The notes: generated by a model not told the origin, from the letters alone. 33,744 nucleotides of DNA from a bacterium (GCA_043818275.1 JBDRFY010000073.1:1-33744), one strand, 5' to 3'. Positions 9,897 through 19,124 are shown, counted from the stretch's first letter. Made by a program: numbers and translations.

Positions 9897-10722
9897 TGTC
9901 CCCTCCCCCTTTTATATGCTTTAATGCGTTTCTTCTTAAAGTGCGTACATAAATTTTGTCCCCAAATCTCAGATCAAACGCAAAGACATTTTTCTTGTTT
10001 TTTCTTTGATTTAAAATCCATTCCTGCATCAAATCATTATAAATTGAGTTAACAAAAATAAATTTTTCGGCATTTGAAAAATTATCTTCATCAACATTAA
10101 CTAGATATTCAAAAGAATAATCTTTAGGAATTAAACTAATTTTTGATTTATCAAAATAAAACACATCAAATTTATCCCAACAATTACAAGTTGATGAATC
10201 ATTAAGAAATTGATAAACATTTAAATCCAATTTTTCTCCTAAAAATTTATTTGCAACATTAATTTTTGTAATATTATCAAAACTAAAATTATCAAAATGA
10301 ACTTTATCAAATAAACGTTTTTTATTTCCCAGGATAAATTTATCGTTTATTAAATATTTTGGTTTTATACCATAAATTTTTATTTGGGCATAATCAGGGT
10401 TTGAAAAATCCCACTCAACTTTTTTTACTAATTTATGATCCTTTTTTAATCTGTGATAAAAATTTGCGTAATCAAAACTTTCAAAAGCCTTTGATTCGAT
10501 ATTTTCCTGCACAAATTTTTCCAGCCCTTTTTTCTCGCCTTCAGAATAAATTTCATCAACAGACCATGTTATTGTTTTTGGAGTAACGATTTTTGTGAAA
10601 ATATTTTTGGTAAAAACATTTTTTAGCCAGGCAAATAAAAAATATACAAGCAAAAAGATTGCTATCAATATAGGTAAAGCTACAAGCAAAAATTTTATTT
10701 TATTCTTTCTGTTAAACTTCAT
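9886..10722 (-). CDS. Divergent FtsQ/DivIB-like bitopic membrane protein
   Basis: Single N-terminal TM, C-terminal FDLRFGDKIYV motif typical of FtsQ, and position directly upstream of ftsA. Start is uncertain (10722 vs 10761). Confidence 0.6.
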   Translation of the reverse strand: MKFNRKNKIKFLLVALPILIAIFLLVYFLFAWLKNVFTKNIFTKIVTPKTITWSVDEIYSEGEKKGLEKFVQENIESKAFESFDYANFYHRLKKDHKLVKKVEWDFSNPDYAQIKIYGIKPKYLINDKFILGNKKRLFDKVHFDNFSFDNITKINVANKFLGEKLDLNVYQFLNDSSTCNCWDKFDVFYFDKSKISLIPKDYSFEYLVNVDEDNFSNAEKFIFVNSIYNDLMQEWILNQRKNKKNVFAFDLRFGDKIYVRTLRRNALKHIKGGGDNGW

Positions 10723-10877
10723 CACTTTCCCTTTTTTGCCAGACACTAAATTAATAAACAATATAATTGTAAAAAAATTTAAGTTACTTCTGCAACATAT
10801 CGATTTTTTAGGCTAAAAGAAACCATCTTCAAATTAAATTTGCAAAAAATTTTGAATTTGCCATATATGAAAAAAGA

Positions 10878-11060
10878 TTAAAAAATTTTCCTGAAAAGTC
10901 CGGTAACTATTCCTTTAGGAGTAGCAACCTGTCCCATAATTTTTTTAACAATTAAAGCCTTAACAACCGGATAATAAATCCAGCCAATCAAAGCTAATAT
11001 CACAATAACTATTCCTAAAATTATAAATACTTTTATTACAGCCTTATTTTCCAGCTTCAT
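10878..11060 (-). CDS. Small membrane protein (60 aa)
   Basis: GGAG RBS, ATG start and one clear TM helix. Confidence 0.65.
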   Translation of the reverse strand: MKLENKAVIKVFIILGIVIVILALIGWIYYPVVKALIVKKIMGQVATPKGIVTGLFRKIF

Positions 11061-11100
11061 ATTTTAAACTCCATGATTTACTAAAGTTACTATCTATATA

Positions 11101-11302
11101 TTTAGCCCCTTTGGGGCTAAAGTTAATAGCCTCGGGTTTTAACCCGTGGTTATAAATTAACCCAAAATAATTCGTGCCATTTTATGGTACGAAAGAATTT
11201 TTTCCAATTTCTACCACCGCCATAAATGGGGTGGCTATATATTCTTTAATTAAAACCACGGGTTAAAACCCGAGGCTAATAACTATAACCCTTAACAGGG
11301 TT
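11101..11302. repeat. REP/REPIN-like composite inverted repeat
   Basis: 31-bp inverted pair 11121-11151 / 11254-11284 (1 mismatch), each with an internal CGGGTT/AACCCG hairpin. Outer mini-hairpins at 11101-11121 and 11287-11302. Inner hairpins at 11171-11193 and 11214-11234. Confidence 0.85.
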
Positions 11303-11321
11303 TATTTATAAATTTCAAAAG

Positions 11322-12056
11322 TTACTTAATTTTTTGTGAAACGACAAATAAAAGAATTCCTGCCGCCACGGAAGCATTATAAGAAATATCTGCCGCTTTT
11401 TGAGGCAATGTTATAAGCTGACCATCTTTTTTAATGCTGCCTGTTATTCCTGTAGATTCATTTCCAATAACAAGGCAAACAGGTTTTTTATAATTAATCT
11501 TTGTCGCGTCATTTTTGCTGTCAATTACTGAAAGATACAAATTATATCCAACCCGTTTTAATTCATTTACCGCGACATTAATTGTCGGCGCGACATAAAT
11601 ATCCAAATGTTCCGCATAACCCGCGGATGCTTTAAAAACTGCCGGGGTCAACATTGTTCCGCCTTTCTGGCACAAAACAATACCATCAATTCCTGTGCAA
11701 TAAGCGGAACGCAAAATTGCGCCCAAATTTCCAACATCCTGAATAGAATCAAGAAGCAAAATAAACGGTTTTTTGTTTGGATCAAAAACTTTATTTTGAT
11801 ATTGAAAAGGAGTGGTTAGGGCAACAACACCCATATGCTCAGGACTACCCGCAATTCCGGCCAGCTTATCACGGGACACATACTGAATATTCGCAATGCT
11901 TTTAGGTAAAAAAGGCTTAATTTTATTCCATGATTTTGGCAACGGTTTTGTTGTATAAAGAGATAATAATTTTCTTTTTTTTGATTTAAGTAATTCAATT
12001 ATCGGGTGAACGCCATAAATAACTTCCCGTCTTATATTTTTTTTATTTTTACTCAT
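11322..12056 (-). CDS. rlmB: SpoU/TrmH-family 23S rRNA 2'-O-methyltransferase (RlmB-like)
   Basis: IYGVHPI, HMGV, QDVGNLGAILRSA, GNESTGI and SYNASVAAGI. Confidence 0.85.
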   Translation of the reverse strand: MSKNKKNIRREVIYGVHPIIELLKSKKRKLLSLYTTKPLPKSWNKIKPFLPKSIANIQYVSRDKLAGIAGSPEHMGVVALTTPFQYQNKVFDPNKKPFILLLDSIQDVGNLGAILRSAYCTGIDGIVLCQKGGTMLTPAVFKASAGYAEHLDIYVAPTINVAVNELKRVGYNLYLSVIDSKNDATKINYKKPVCLVIGNESTGITGSIKKDGQLITLPQKAADISYNASVAAGILLFVVSQKIK

Positions 12057-12184
12057 ATTAACCACAATAATTTAAATTTTTTAATTTTAATTCACAGCCT
12101 TATCATGAAAGTTTATAATAAAAAAGCTTTCAGGCAAAAAAGGGCTAAATTCTTATATAAATCCCTATTTATTTAAGGAAACAA

Positions 12185-12895
12185 ATGTACATATTAGAAG
12201 GAAATATAGGTGCCGGTAAATCAACTTTTTTGGAACTTTTGAACAAAAACATTCCTGAAATAAAAACTTACCAGGAACCCAAGGATAATTGGACAAAACA
12301 GGTTTACGGACAATCATTACTTGCCAATTTTTATAAAGAACCAAAACGATGGGCCTATACCATGGAAACTTTAACTATGATGTCCAGAGCAAAATTGTAT
12401 ATGAAAGATCAGTTAATTCCGGATCAAAGATTTGTTTTGGAACGCTCTGTTTATTCCGGACACTATTGTTTTGCTTTAAATGGTTATCAACATGGATTTT
12501 TTACCCAAATTGAATGGGATATTTATACTAAATGGGTAGATTTTTTAATTAATCAAAACTGCAAACCGCCGCACGGATTTATTTACTTAAAAGCAAACCC
12601 CGATGTCTGTTTTAAACGAATTCAAAAAAGAAACAGAATAAGTGAAAAGGACGTTTCTTTATCCTATATAAAACAAATTGATGAACACCATGACAATTTT
12701 TTAATTAAAAGGGATGGGGTTTTTGAAAGTTTAAAAAACGTACCGGTTTTAATACTTGATTGTAATGAAGATTTTGTTGAAAATGAGCAAATTTTAAACA
12801 CACATCTTTATAAAGTTAAAAATTTCATTGAACAAACAATAGGCCTGATTCAGGAACCAAAGACAACCTCTTTGATGAAAGAAACTCAAATTTAG
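12185..12895 (+). CDS. Deoxynucleoside kinase
   Basis: EGNIGAGKST P-loop, EP, ERS and RIQKRNRISE lid. Confidence 0.95.
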   Translation: MYILEGNIGAGKSTFLELLNKNIPEIKTYQEPKDNWTKQVYGQSLLANFYKEPKRWAYTMETLTMMSRAKLYMKDQLIPDQRFVLERSVYSGHYCFALNGYQHGFFTQIEWDIYTKWVDFLINQNCKPPHGFIYLKANPDVCFKRIQKRNRISEKDVSLSYIKQIDEHHDNFLIKRDGVFESLKNVPVLILDCNEDFVENEQILNTHLYKVKNFIEQTIGLIQEPKTTSLMKETQI

Positions 12896-12925
12896 CTTTT
12901 TTTGCATAAAACATGAATTTACTCT

Positions 12926-12954
12926 TTGACTTACTAAATTGTTTTATTTAGACT
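12926..12954 (+). promoter_or_regulatory. Sigma70-like promoter for tRNA-Val
   Basis: TTGACT-N17-TAGACT upstream of the tRNA. Confidence 0.6.
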
Positions 12955-12991
12955 TTCTTCATGTATTTTAAATGAAATTTTTAAAAATGAA

Positions 12992-13068
12992 GGGCGAATA
13001 GCTCAGCTGGTTAGAGCACCTGCCTTACAAGCAGGGGGTCACAGGTTCGAATCCTGTTTCGCCCACCA
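12992..13068 (+). tRNA. tRNA-Val (TAC)
   Basis: Acceptor GGGCGAA/TTCGCCC, anticodon arm CCTGC-CTTACAA-GCAGG, GGTTCGAATCC T-arm and encoded CCA. Confidence 0.98.
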
Positions 13069-13285
13069 GCCTCTGCTTGCTTCGCAAGCTACGGCTGGGC
13101 AGGCCAGCTTTTTAAATTGAATTGATATTAATAGAACCATATTGCGAAGACTGTCCGGCGTAGTAAAACTTACATTAAAACTTAGTAGTTCGAAGACGGA
13201 CTGGCACGGCCAGTTTATCCGGCGAAACCTTAGCAAAGTCGGACCTGTCCCGACGAAGTACCGCTCCTTGCGGCACGAAGTCGGA
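13066..13285. repeat. Cluster of four family A palindromes downstream of tRNA-Val
   Basis: Copies at 13066-13108 (minus; stem uses the tRNA CCA), 13151-13200, 13218-13243 and 13244-13285. All follow stem-G(A/T)A-hairpin-(purine-rich, usually GAA)-stem. Confidence 0.85.
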
Positions 13286-13337
13286 TTGAAATTTTTTCTC
13301 TATTTGATAAATTTTCAATATCATTGAAATAAATTGT

Positions 13338-13413
13338 TCCCCGATAGCTCAGTTGGTAGAGCAAACGACTGTTAATCGTTGGGTCGCAGGTTCGAGTCCT
13401 GCTCGGGGAGCCA
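13338..13413 (+). tRNA. tRNA-Asn (GTT)
   Basis: Acceptor TCCCCGA/TCGGGGA, anticodon arm AACGA-CTGTTAA-TCGTT, GGTTCGAGTCC and encoded CCA. Confidence 0.98.
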
Positions 13414-13581
13414 GCTTTCGCTCTAACGAGCTTCAGCTGGGCAGGCCAGCCAATTAATAAAATTAATATTAATCGAAAAGTTAAGCGAAAGATGCCTTTC
13501 ACTCCATAACTCATTAAAGCAAAGGCGGAAACAAATGGCCTATGAATTTGCCTGCCACGCCGAAGCCTTGGCGCAGGCGGG
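13411..13581. repeat. Family A palindromes downstream of tRNA-Asn
   Basis: CCAGCT-TTC-GCTC-TAAC-GAGC-TTC-AGCTGG-GCAGGCCAGC (13411-13450), a degenerate copy near 13485-13529, and CCTGCCACGCC-GAA-GCCTTGGC-GCA-GGCGGG (13551-13581). Confidence 0.85.
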
Positions 13582-13668
13582 AACGTTATCTTAAAACGTC
13601 ATCCGGTCGTGCGTTTTCTATAAAACGTTTGTAAAACACCTTTGTTTTTTACAAATTTTGGGGAAAAA

Positions 13669-14439
13669 ATGAAAAAATTTATTCTTTTTTTATTTATGTT
13701 CTTTGGGTCTATTTTCGCAAATAAAAATATTTTTGATCACCCAAAAATTCAACAACCAAATCTTCCTTTAATACATGAAACTGGAAATTTTAAATTGTAT
13801 TGTATTGCTGAAGATAAGCAGATTAGCTTAAAGGTTTTAGATGTTGCTGAAAAAAATTTCGAACAATGTTCTATCAATTTTAATCATAAATATAGTAATA
13901 AAATAAACTTATATATTTTTCATTGCTTACAAGATTTGCACGATGCCGTTGGAATGCCAGACGCAAAAGATCGTGTAGTAAACATATACGAACCAGAAAC
14001 ACATTCTTTTTTTACAGTCAATCCAGAGAATCATGGGTCATACTGTTCGGCTGAAGAGATTATTCAATTAAATATACATGGTTTAACTAATTTATTTATT
14101 AAAGATAAATATACAAAAGAAATTCCTTTTTGGTTTACTCATGGTCTTGGTCTTTGGAAAGCTAAATATATAGATAAAAATATTTTAGATGATCTAACTC
14201 TAAATCATGAGCTTGTCCCATCGTTACAACAATTGGAAAACTTTGATTTTTCTACAGATATCCATCGAGCAAGTTCATATTTAATCGTTGAATTTATTAA
14301 TCAAAAATGGGGATGGGAAAAAATATTAGATATTTTAGAAGACTATTCTTCTTTTGAAAAAATATTGGATGTTACCGAAAAAACCTTTAGAGACAAATTA
14401 ATTAACTATTTAGATAATACTATATCGCCAAAGGAATAG
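13669..14439 (+). CDS. Secreted peptidase MA (gluzincin)-like protein with degenerate catalytic motifs
   Basis: Signal peptide MKKFILF. IHGLTN where HExxH is expected and PFWFTHGL where PxWFxEG is expected. SSYLIVEFINQKWG C-terminal pattern. Confidence 0.7.
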   Translation: MKKFILFLFMFFGSIFANKNIFDHPKIQQPNLPLIHETGNFKLYCIAEDKQISLKVLDVAEKNFEQCSINFNHKYSNKINLYIFHCLQDLHDAVGMPDAKDRVVNIYEPETHSFFTVNPENHGSYCSAEEIIQLNIHGLTNLFIKDKYTKEIPFWFTHGLGLWKAKYIDKNILDDLTLNHELVPSLQQLENFDFSTDIHRASSYLIVEFINQKWGWEKILDILEDYSSFEKILDVTEKTFRDKLINYLDNTISPKE

Positions 14440-14463
14440 TGGGTAAAATAATCCAGGAAGCCA
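14422..14463 (+). repeat. Junction repeat: 34 bp similar to 31510-31543, followed by a tRNA-3'-like GGAAGCCA
   Basis: ATATCGCCAAAGGAATAGTGGGTAAAATAATCCA vs ATATCATCAAAAGAATAGTGGTTAAAATAGTCCA, 29/34 identical by manual alignment. Confidence 0.75.
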
Positions 14464-14566
14464 TCCGTCTTTCGACGCAATTATTCTTAATTCAAAAAGA
14501 CTTTCATCATCTTAAAAAATTTATTTAAAAATCTTACTAAAAATACTATTTTCAAAACGTTTTTCA

Positions 14567-14595
14567 TTGATTTTTTAGTCAAAATTCGCTATATT
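14567..14595 (+). promoter_or_regulatory. Sigma70-like promoter for the 14660-17073 operon
   Basis: TTGATT-N17-TATATT. Confidence 0.45.
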
Positions 14596-14659
14596 AAAAT
14601 GCATAGAAAAGCGCTCTAGATCGACAAAAACATACAAATAGCTCGAAAGGCAAAGACCT

Positions 14660-15364
14660 ATGAAATTATTACCCCAACAAATACATTCAATTTCGATAAA
14701 AATTAATTCAAAAAAATATATTTTAGCCGATATTTTTGCAACAGAAGATGAACTTTTTTATCATTTTAAAAAGAACAAAAATCAAGAAAAGAAAACTTAT
14801 AATGTAAATAAAAAAACTGTCATGGGAATCCCAGATCATATTTCATTCCATAAGAATGGCAATACACACGTAACTTATAAAAAAGAAAAACATCCAGACA
14901 AAAAATACACTTCTTTGTCAAAGGCTCCTGATTCTAGCTTCTTACCCATAGAATCAAGTACTACAACCCCTTTACTTATTCATTCAATATATGATGCCAA
15001 TATATTACTTGAAGATGAATCAAATAACAAAGAAAATTGTTTATGGAATCTTGATAAAAATGAAATCGTTAGTATTATTCTTTTTTTAATACCCAAAAAC
15101 AAAAATCCAGAAGAAATATTAAATCAATATGATCTCATTAAATTAAAAAAAACAAATACAAAAATAATAAATCTTGTAAGCTTTCAGCAATATGATGTCA
15201 TTGCAATGTTAAGTGAATGGATTCTGAATGCTCCAAAAGAAATTTCTACGGCCATTATAAAGAAAACAACTCCTGTATGTACTTCATTTGCGATTCCTGT
15301 TTTAATAAATCAAAAAACAAATTTAAATGTTTTTGATAAATTAATTCACAATTCAAAATATTAA
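14660..15364 (+). CDS. Hypothetical cytoplasmic protein (PDHISFHxNGxxH motif)
   Basis: 234-aa ORF with no signal peptide and a His-rich motif; family not recognised. Confidence 0.75.
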   Translation: MKLLPQQIHSISIKINSKKYILADIFATEDELFYHFKKNKNQEKKTYNVNKKTVMGIPDHISFHKNGNTHVTYKKEKHPDKKYTSLSKAPDSSFLPIESSTTTPLLIHSIYDANILLEDESNNKENCLWNLDKNEIVSIILFLIPKNKNPEEILNQYDLIKLKKTNTKIINLVSFQQYDVIAMLSEWILNAPKEISTAIIKKTTPVCTSFAIPVLINQKTNLNVFDKLIHNSKY

Positions 15365-15414
15365 AAAATAAAGAATAAACTAAAACTATTAATTCACTCA
15401 AAAGGGACAAAAAA

Positions 15415-16292
15415 ATGAATGTAAAATTTTCTGAATTATCTGAAAATCAAATTACAAAAATAGCATTTGACACCGCACATAAAATATCTAAGCAATATAC
15501 AACTTCATTAATAAAAATAACCGAAAAAATCAAAAACCCTGAAATAGGTACAGGAACATTTGTACGTATTGGATGTGAATGTGGAATTCTAACTAATCAT
15601 CATGTTGCTGACATATTTATAGATAAAAAGATGAGATATGTTAATGTACCAAATCCCAAAACTGAAAAAACAGAAATATTACCATTTAAATTAATTATTT
15701 CTCTTCCCTATATTTCAAATGAACCTAATGCTTATGATATCGATTTAGCGTTCATTTTATTAAAGAACAACTCAATTGAAACTGTAAATAATATGGGAAA
15801 AGAATTCTGGGATTTAAATCAATCATATGAAATCTTAAAAAAAAACAAAAAAATAATCGATGAAGAACATTGCTTTTATTTTATTTATGGTACAGTTACA
15901 CAAGGAATGAAAACTCGTTTTATAGATAATTTACTAACTTTTATTTTACAAAATGATGGCTCGTACATTGTCGTACCAGATTTGGATAATATTAAATTAG
16001 GAAAATGCCACTACGGCAACTTAACATTTAATTGTGATCTTATTTCTTGTCCTAGTGATACAAAAAAAAATTACCTAAATCTTTTGAAGGGATGAGTGGC
16101 GGAGCATTATGGCAAGTAATTTTAAAAGAAAATACTTCCATAAAAAACATAAATTTATGTGGAGTTGCAACTGAACAAATCCCTGGTAACGGAAAAATTG
16201 AAAAACTTATTTGCCGGGGACCTGTTGCATTATATGAATCGTTTTATCCATTTGCTTTATCAAAACTAAATCAAGAAAAACAATCTAAATGA
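15415..16292 (+). pseudogene. Trypsin-like serine protease split by a frameshift in an A9 tract
   Basis: The first frame has GTGTFV, ILTNHHV (His) and DIDLAFI (Asp). The second frame has FEGMSGGALW (Ser). One extra A in 16062-16070 fuses them into ~292 aa. Confidence 0.8.
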
Positions 16293-16339
16293 TTTAGAAA
16301 AATCATGCTAAAATATATGAATATAACTAGGTAAAATAA

Positions 16340-17073
16340 ATGAACAACGAAATTGATATAAAAAAACTTCATTAATAAATAATGAAACTGATATAGAAAC
16401 GTCTCAATTTTTAGATAGACCATTTACCAAAATATTTGAAGATCTTGCTGGACTTATAAATCTTTTTAAAACCAGCCAAAATAAGGGCTTAAATAATTCA
16501 ATTCGTTATACCCTAACAATAATGCTTGAAGGAATTGCAAATAACATTATTGAGTCTACTAAATTAAATGATGAATTAAAACAAGATTTGGATAAATTGT
16601 CATTAATAAATAAGTTTGACTTAGCATTATTTCTTAAAACTTCCCAAAAACTAAATAGAGAAGATAATCGAGTAAGGGATATTATTCAGTTAACAGGCAA
16701 CAGAAATAAAACAACTCACCCCAAGAGCATTAAAACAAATATAGACTCCGCAGAATACCACGAAAAAACAGATAATATTAACTTCAAAACTCAAAAATCA
16801 TTCCCCATAAAAGAAGATCCTATAACAATTTCAAAAAAAGTTTTTAATTTCTTAGATTATTATCTAATTGATTTGTGTAAATGTGATATAGATTTTTTAT
16901 CAAGCCTATTGTTAAATTCAGTAAAACTTTCTGACAAAGAATATGGAATTTTACAATTAAAACAATTACCGGAATATAAAAAAGCCATAGAATATGACCT
17001 GCAAATAAAAATTAATTTTTTATTTTTTTTAGAAAATAGAAATCTTAAAGTTTTTTATAGAAAAATAAAATAA
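16340..17073 (+). pseudogene. HEPN-like protein (RNKTTH), 5' frameshift in an A7 tract
   Basis: ATG at 16340 stops after 11 codons. The 16522 frame is open back to the A7 tract (16360-16366), and one extra A joins them. Contains LEGIAN and Rx4H (RNKTTH). Confidence 0.65.
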
Positions 17074-17080
17074 AATAAAA

Positions 17081-17112
17081 TATACCAGTGATAAATATTC
17101 ACCACTGGTATA
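17081..17112. terminator. Hairpin between convergent genes (possible bidirectional terminator)
   Basis: TATACCAGTG / CACTGGTATA 10-bp perfect stem. Confidence 0.65.
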
Positions 17113-17147
17113 TAAAAACTTAATATAAACGTAGATTATAAATTTTA

Positions 17148-17441
17148 TTAATCTTGCTTTTTTAAGTCTTCTAAAAGCCGTAAAGCTGTAGGGGTACCAA
17201 TGCTTTTCAAATAAGCATATTCTTGCTCACGTATTTCTTTTCCCATAAGACCAGAATTAATAGCAAATATCACTCTAATTCCACATTGTATATAAAGATT
17301 ATGATATTCATCCTGATTTATATCAGGTGTCATTGGTATAGAAAAAGCTCGAATCGGATTTGAAGATAAATCAAATCTCATATCCGCCTTAGCTTTACCA
17401 ACTATTATTGTTATTAAAATTAATATAAACAATTTTTTCAT
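17148..17441 (-). CDS. Small secreted protein with the 'IGTP' module
   Basis: Signal peptide; DINQDEYHNL...YLKSIGTPTALRLLEDL. Confidence 0.85.
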   Translation of the reverse strand: MKKLFILILITIIVGKAKADMRFDLSSNPIRAFSIPMTPDINQDEYHNLYIQCGIRVIFAINSGLMGKEIREQEYAYLKSIGTPTALRLLEDLKKQD

Positions 17442-17452
17442 TTTATTCCTCT

Positions 17453-18073
17453 TTAGATTTTTAAAATTGGTTTTCCTGTACTTAAAGTAAATTGATCATG
17501 ACTTTCTGCATCAACAAGCTTTATTGAAAATTCTGGATCAAATTTTTCTACAGGTACAAATATTAAACCATTAATTGTGCTTAACGGACTTACTATTTGA
17601 TCACATAATTCTTTCCTAGAAAAATCTTCATCTAATTTTTGATTGGCTTGAGAAGATCCAATGCCATCAACAACTGCAGGAATTGCTAGAGGCAAGAAAA
17701 AGAATGCCCCTACACCATAACTAGTAGCTCTGGTAACGGTAGAAGTATGAACTTTTTGCGCTACTTCTGCAGCAGAAACACACTGGATGCTAATATTTGT
17801 TTTAGAAAAATTAATATATCTATTTGTATTATTAGAAAATGTAATATGTATTGGTTGATATCCTTTAGCAAGAACATCTCGATCAAGATATCTTTTACAA
17901 TCAGCCTTGTTTAATGATTTATATGCAAAGGCAATCAATGGTTCTTTTTTATTTGAAACACAAGTTGCAAGCTGATTAATCGGCTGGGCTCCATATTTTG
18001 CACAACCAAATAAAAGTATTAAACCTCCTACACACACACATAAAGTAACAACATTCTTTTTTAAAATGTTCAT
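17453..18073 (-). CDS. Putative lipoprotein
   Basis: Lipobox LFGC after a hydrophobic leader; internal hydrophobic Gly/Ala segment. Confidence 0.8.
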   Translation of the reverse strand: MNILKKNVVTLCVCVGGLILLFGCAKYGAQPINQLATCVSNKKEPLIAFAYKSLNKADCKRYLDRDVLAKGYQPIHITFSNNTNRYINFSKTNISIQCVSAAEVAQKVHTSTVTRATSYGVGAFFFLPLAIPAVVDGIGSSQANQKLDEDFSRKELCDQIVSPLSTINGLIFVPVEKFDPEFSIKLVDAESHDQFTLSTGKPILKI

Positions 18074-18095
18074 TTAAAATAACCTCCAAAAATAA

Positions 18096-19091
18096 TTAAA
18101 AACGATCAAAATCATTTAACCAATCTGCAGGAACACGCCCCATTTCTATTTGTTTCTTTAAAACCCAAAAAGCTGTTATTGTACCTATATTACGTAGATA
18201 ACTAAAAAAAGCATAAGGATAAGCTGATGACCGCATTCCTCCTATTGAAGCAAATTCTGCTGCTATCTGATTACATCGATCCATTAAATAGTGATATTCT
18301 CTTTTATCTACTCCTTGCGAAAGCATTAAATTCTCTTGTTCTATTCTCAAACGTCTTTCTTTTTCTGCTTTTATTGTAGCTTCTTTTGCCTGTTTTTCTC
18401 GCTCTATAGCTGCAACTCTTTCTCTTTCTGCTCTTACTAACCTTTCAGCTTCAGCTCTTTCTTTTGCCTGTTTCTTTAATTCTTCTTCCCTTTGTTCTTT
18501 CTGTATCGCTTCTTCGAGTTCTCTTTTTCTACGCTCTATTTCTTCTTTATATTCTCGTTCTTTGCGTTCTTGTTCTTTTTTACGTTCTATTTCTTTGCGT
18601 TCTTGTTCCCTGCGAACAATAACCCTATTTCTTTTTTCAATTTCTAATTGTTCTGCTTTTTTAATTTCATCATAAAAAAGATCTTTAGCCTGATTAAGAA
18701 TATTTTCCATTTCCTTTTTATTAATGTAATAACTAGCTCTTATCAAAAAACCGTTTCTATCTATTGATACAACTTTAAAAGAATCAAATTTTTCAAAAAA
18801 TCTAACAAAATCTTTTACTATGGCAATATCAATTTGTCTGTCAAAATCAACCCTTATATTTCCCACTCTTTCCGGGTATTTCTCCAACATTCCTTTATTG
18901 GCATTATTTGTTGAATCATTTTTATGTGACAACTCAGCAGGACTTATACCATGCCAATAAGTTATATTAACTTTAGGTCTAAATCTTCCAATAGTTGTTA
19001 AATCTAAATGAGCTAGTAAAACCTTTGGACAAACAATAAATAATATTAAAATAAAGAAACAGTTTTTTTTTATTAATTTAAAAAATTTCAC
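18096..19091 (-). CDS. Secreted coiled-coil protein with a C-terminal 'IGTP'-like module
   Basis: Signal peptide, long E/R/K-rich helix, then GVDKREYHYLMDRC...YLRNIGTITAFWVL. Confidence 0.85.
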   Translation of the reverse strand: MKFFKLIKKNCFFILILFIVCPKVLLAHLDLTTIGRFRPKVNITYWHGISPAELSHKNDSTNNANKGMLEKYPERVGNIRVDFDRQIDIAIVKDFVRFFEKFDSFKVVSIDRNGFLIRASYYINKKEMENILNQAKDLFYDEIKKAEQLEIEKRNRVIVRREQERKEIERKKEQERKEREYKEEIERRKRELEEAIQKEQREEELKKQAKERAEAERLVRAERERVAAIEREKQAKEATIKAEKERRLRIEQENLMLSQGVDKREYHYLMDRCNQIAAEFASIGGMRSSAYPYAFFSYLRNIGTITAFWVLKKQIEMGRVPADWLNDFDRF

Positions 19092-19124
19092 TTTAAGAAC
19101 CCCCTAAAAAATAATTAATACTTA

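Noticed and set aside
948..11998. Short antisense or alternative-frame ORFs inside MBL, mnmA, nupC, prfA, SIS, ftsZ, ftsA, ftsQ-like and rlmB
   Set aside because: They lie within or almost wholly within well-supported genes and have no recognisable motifs.
13039..13514. ORFs 13039-13236, 13142-13327 and 13230-13514
   Set aside because: They overlap tRNA genes and GC-rich palindromes; shadow ORFs.
13066..13581. Possible CRISPR array in the repeated hairpins
   Set aside because: Units differ in sequence, orientation and spacing; no regular spacers and no cas genes.
18558..18608. 18-bp direct repeat TTCTTTGCGTTCTTGTTC
   Set aside because: Ordinary intragenic duplication in a charged coiled coil (EQERKE).
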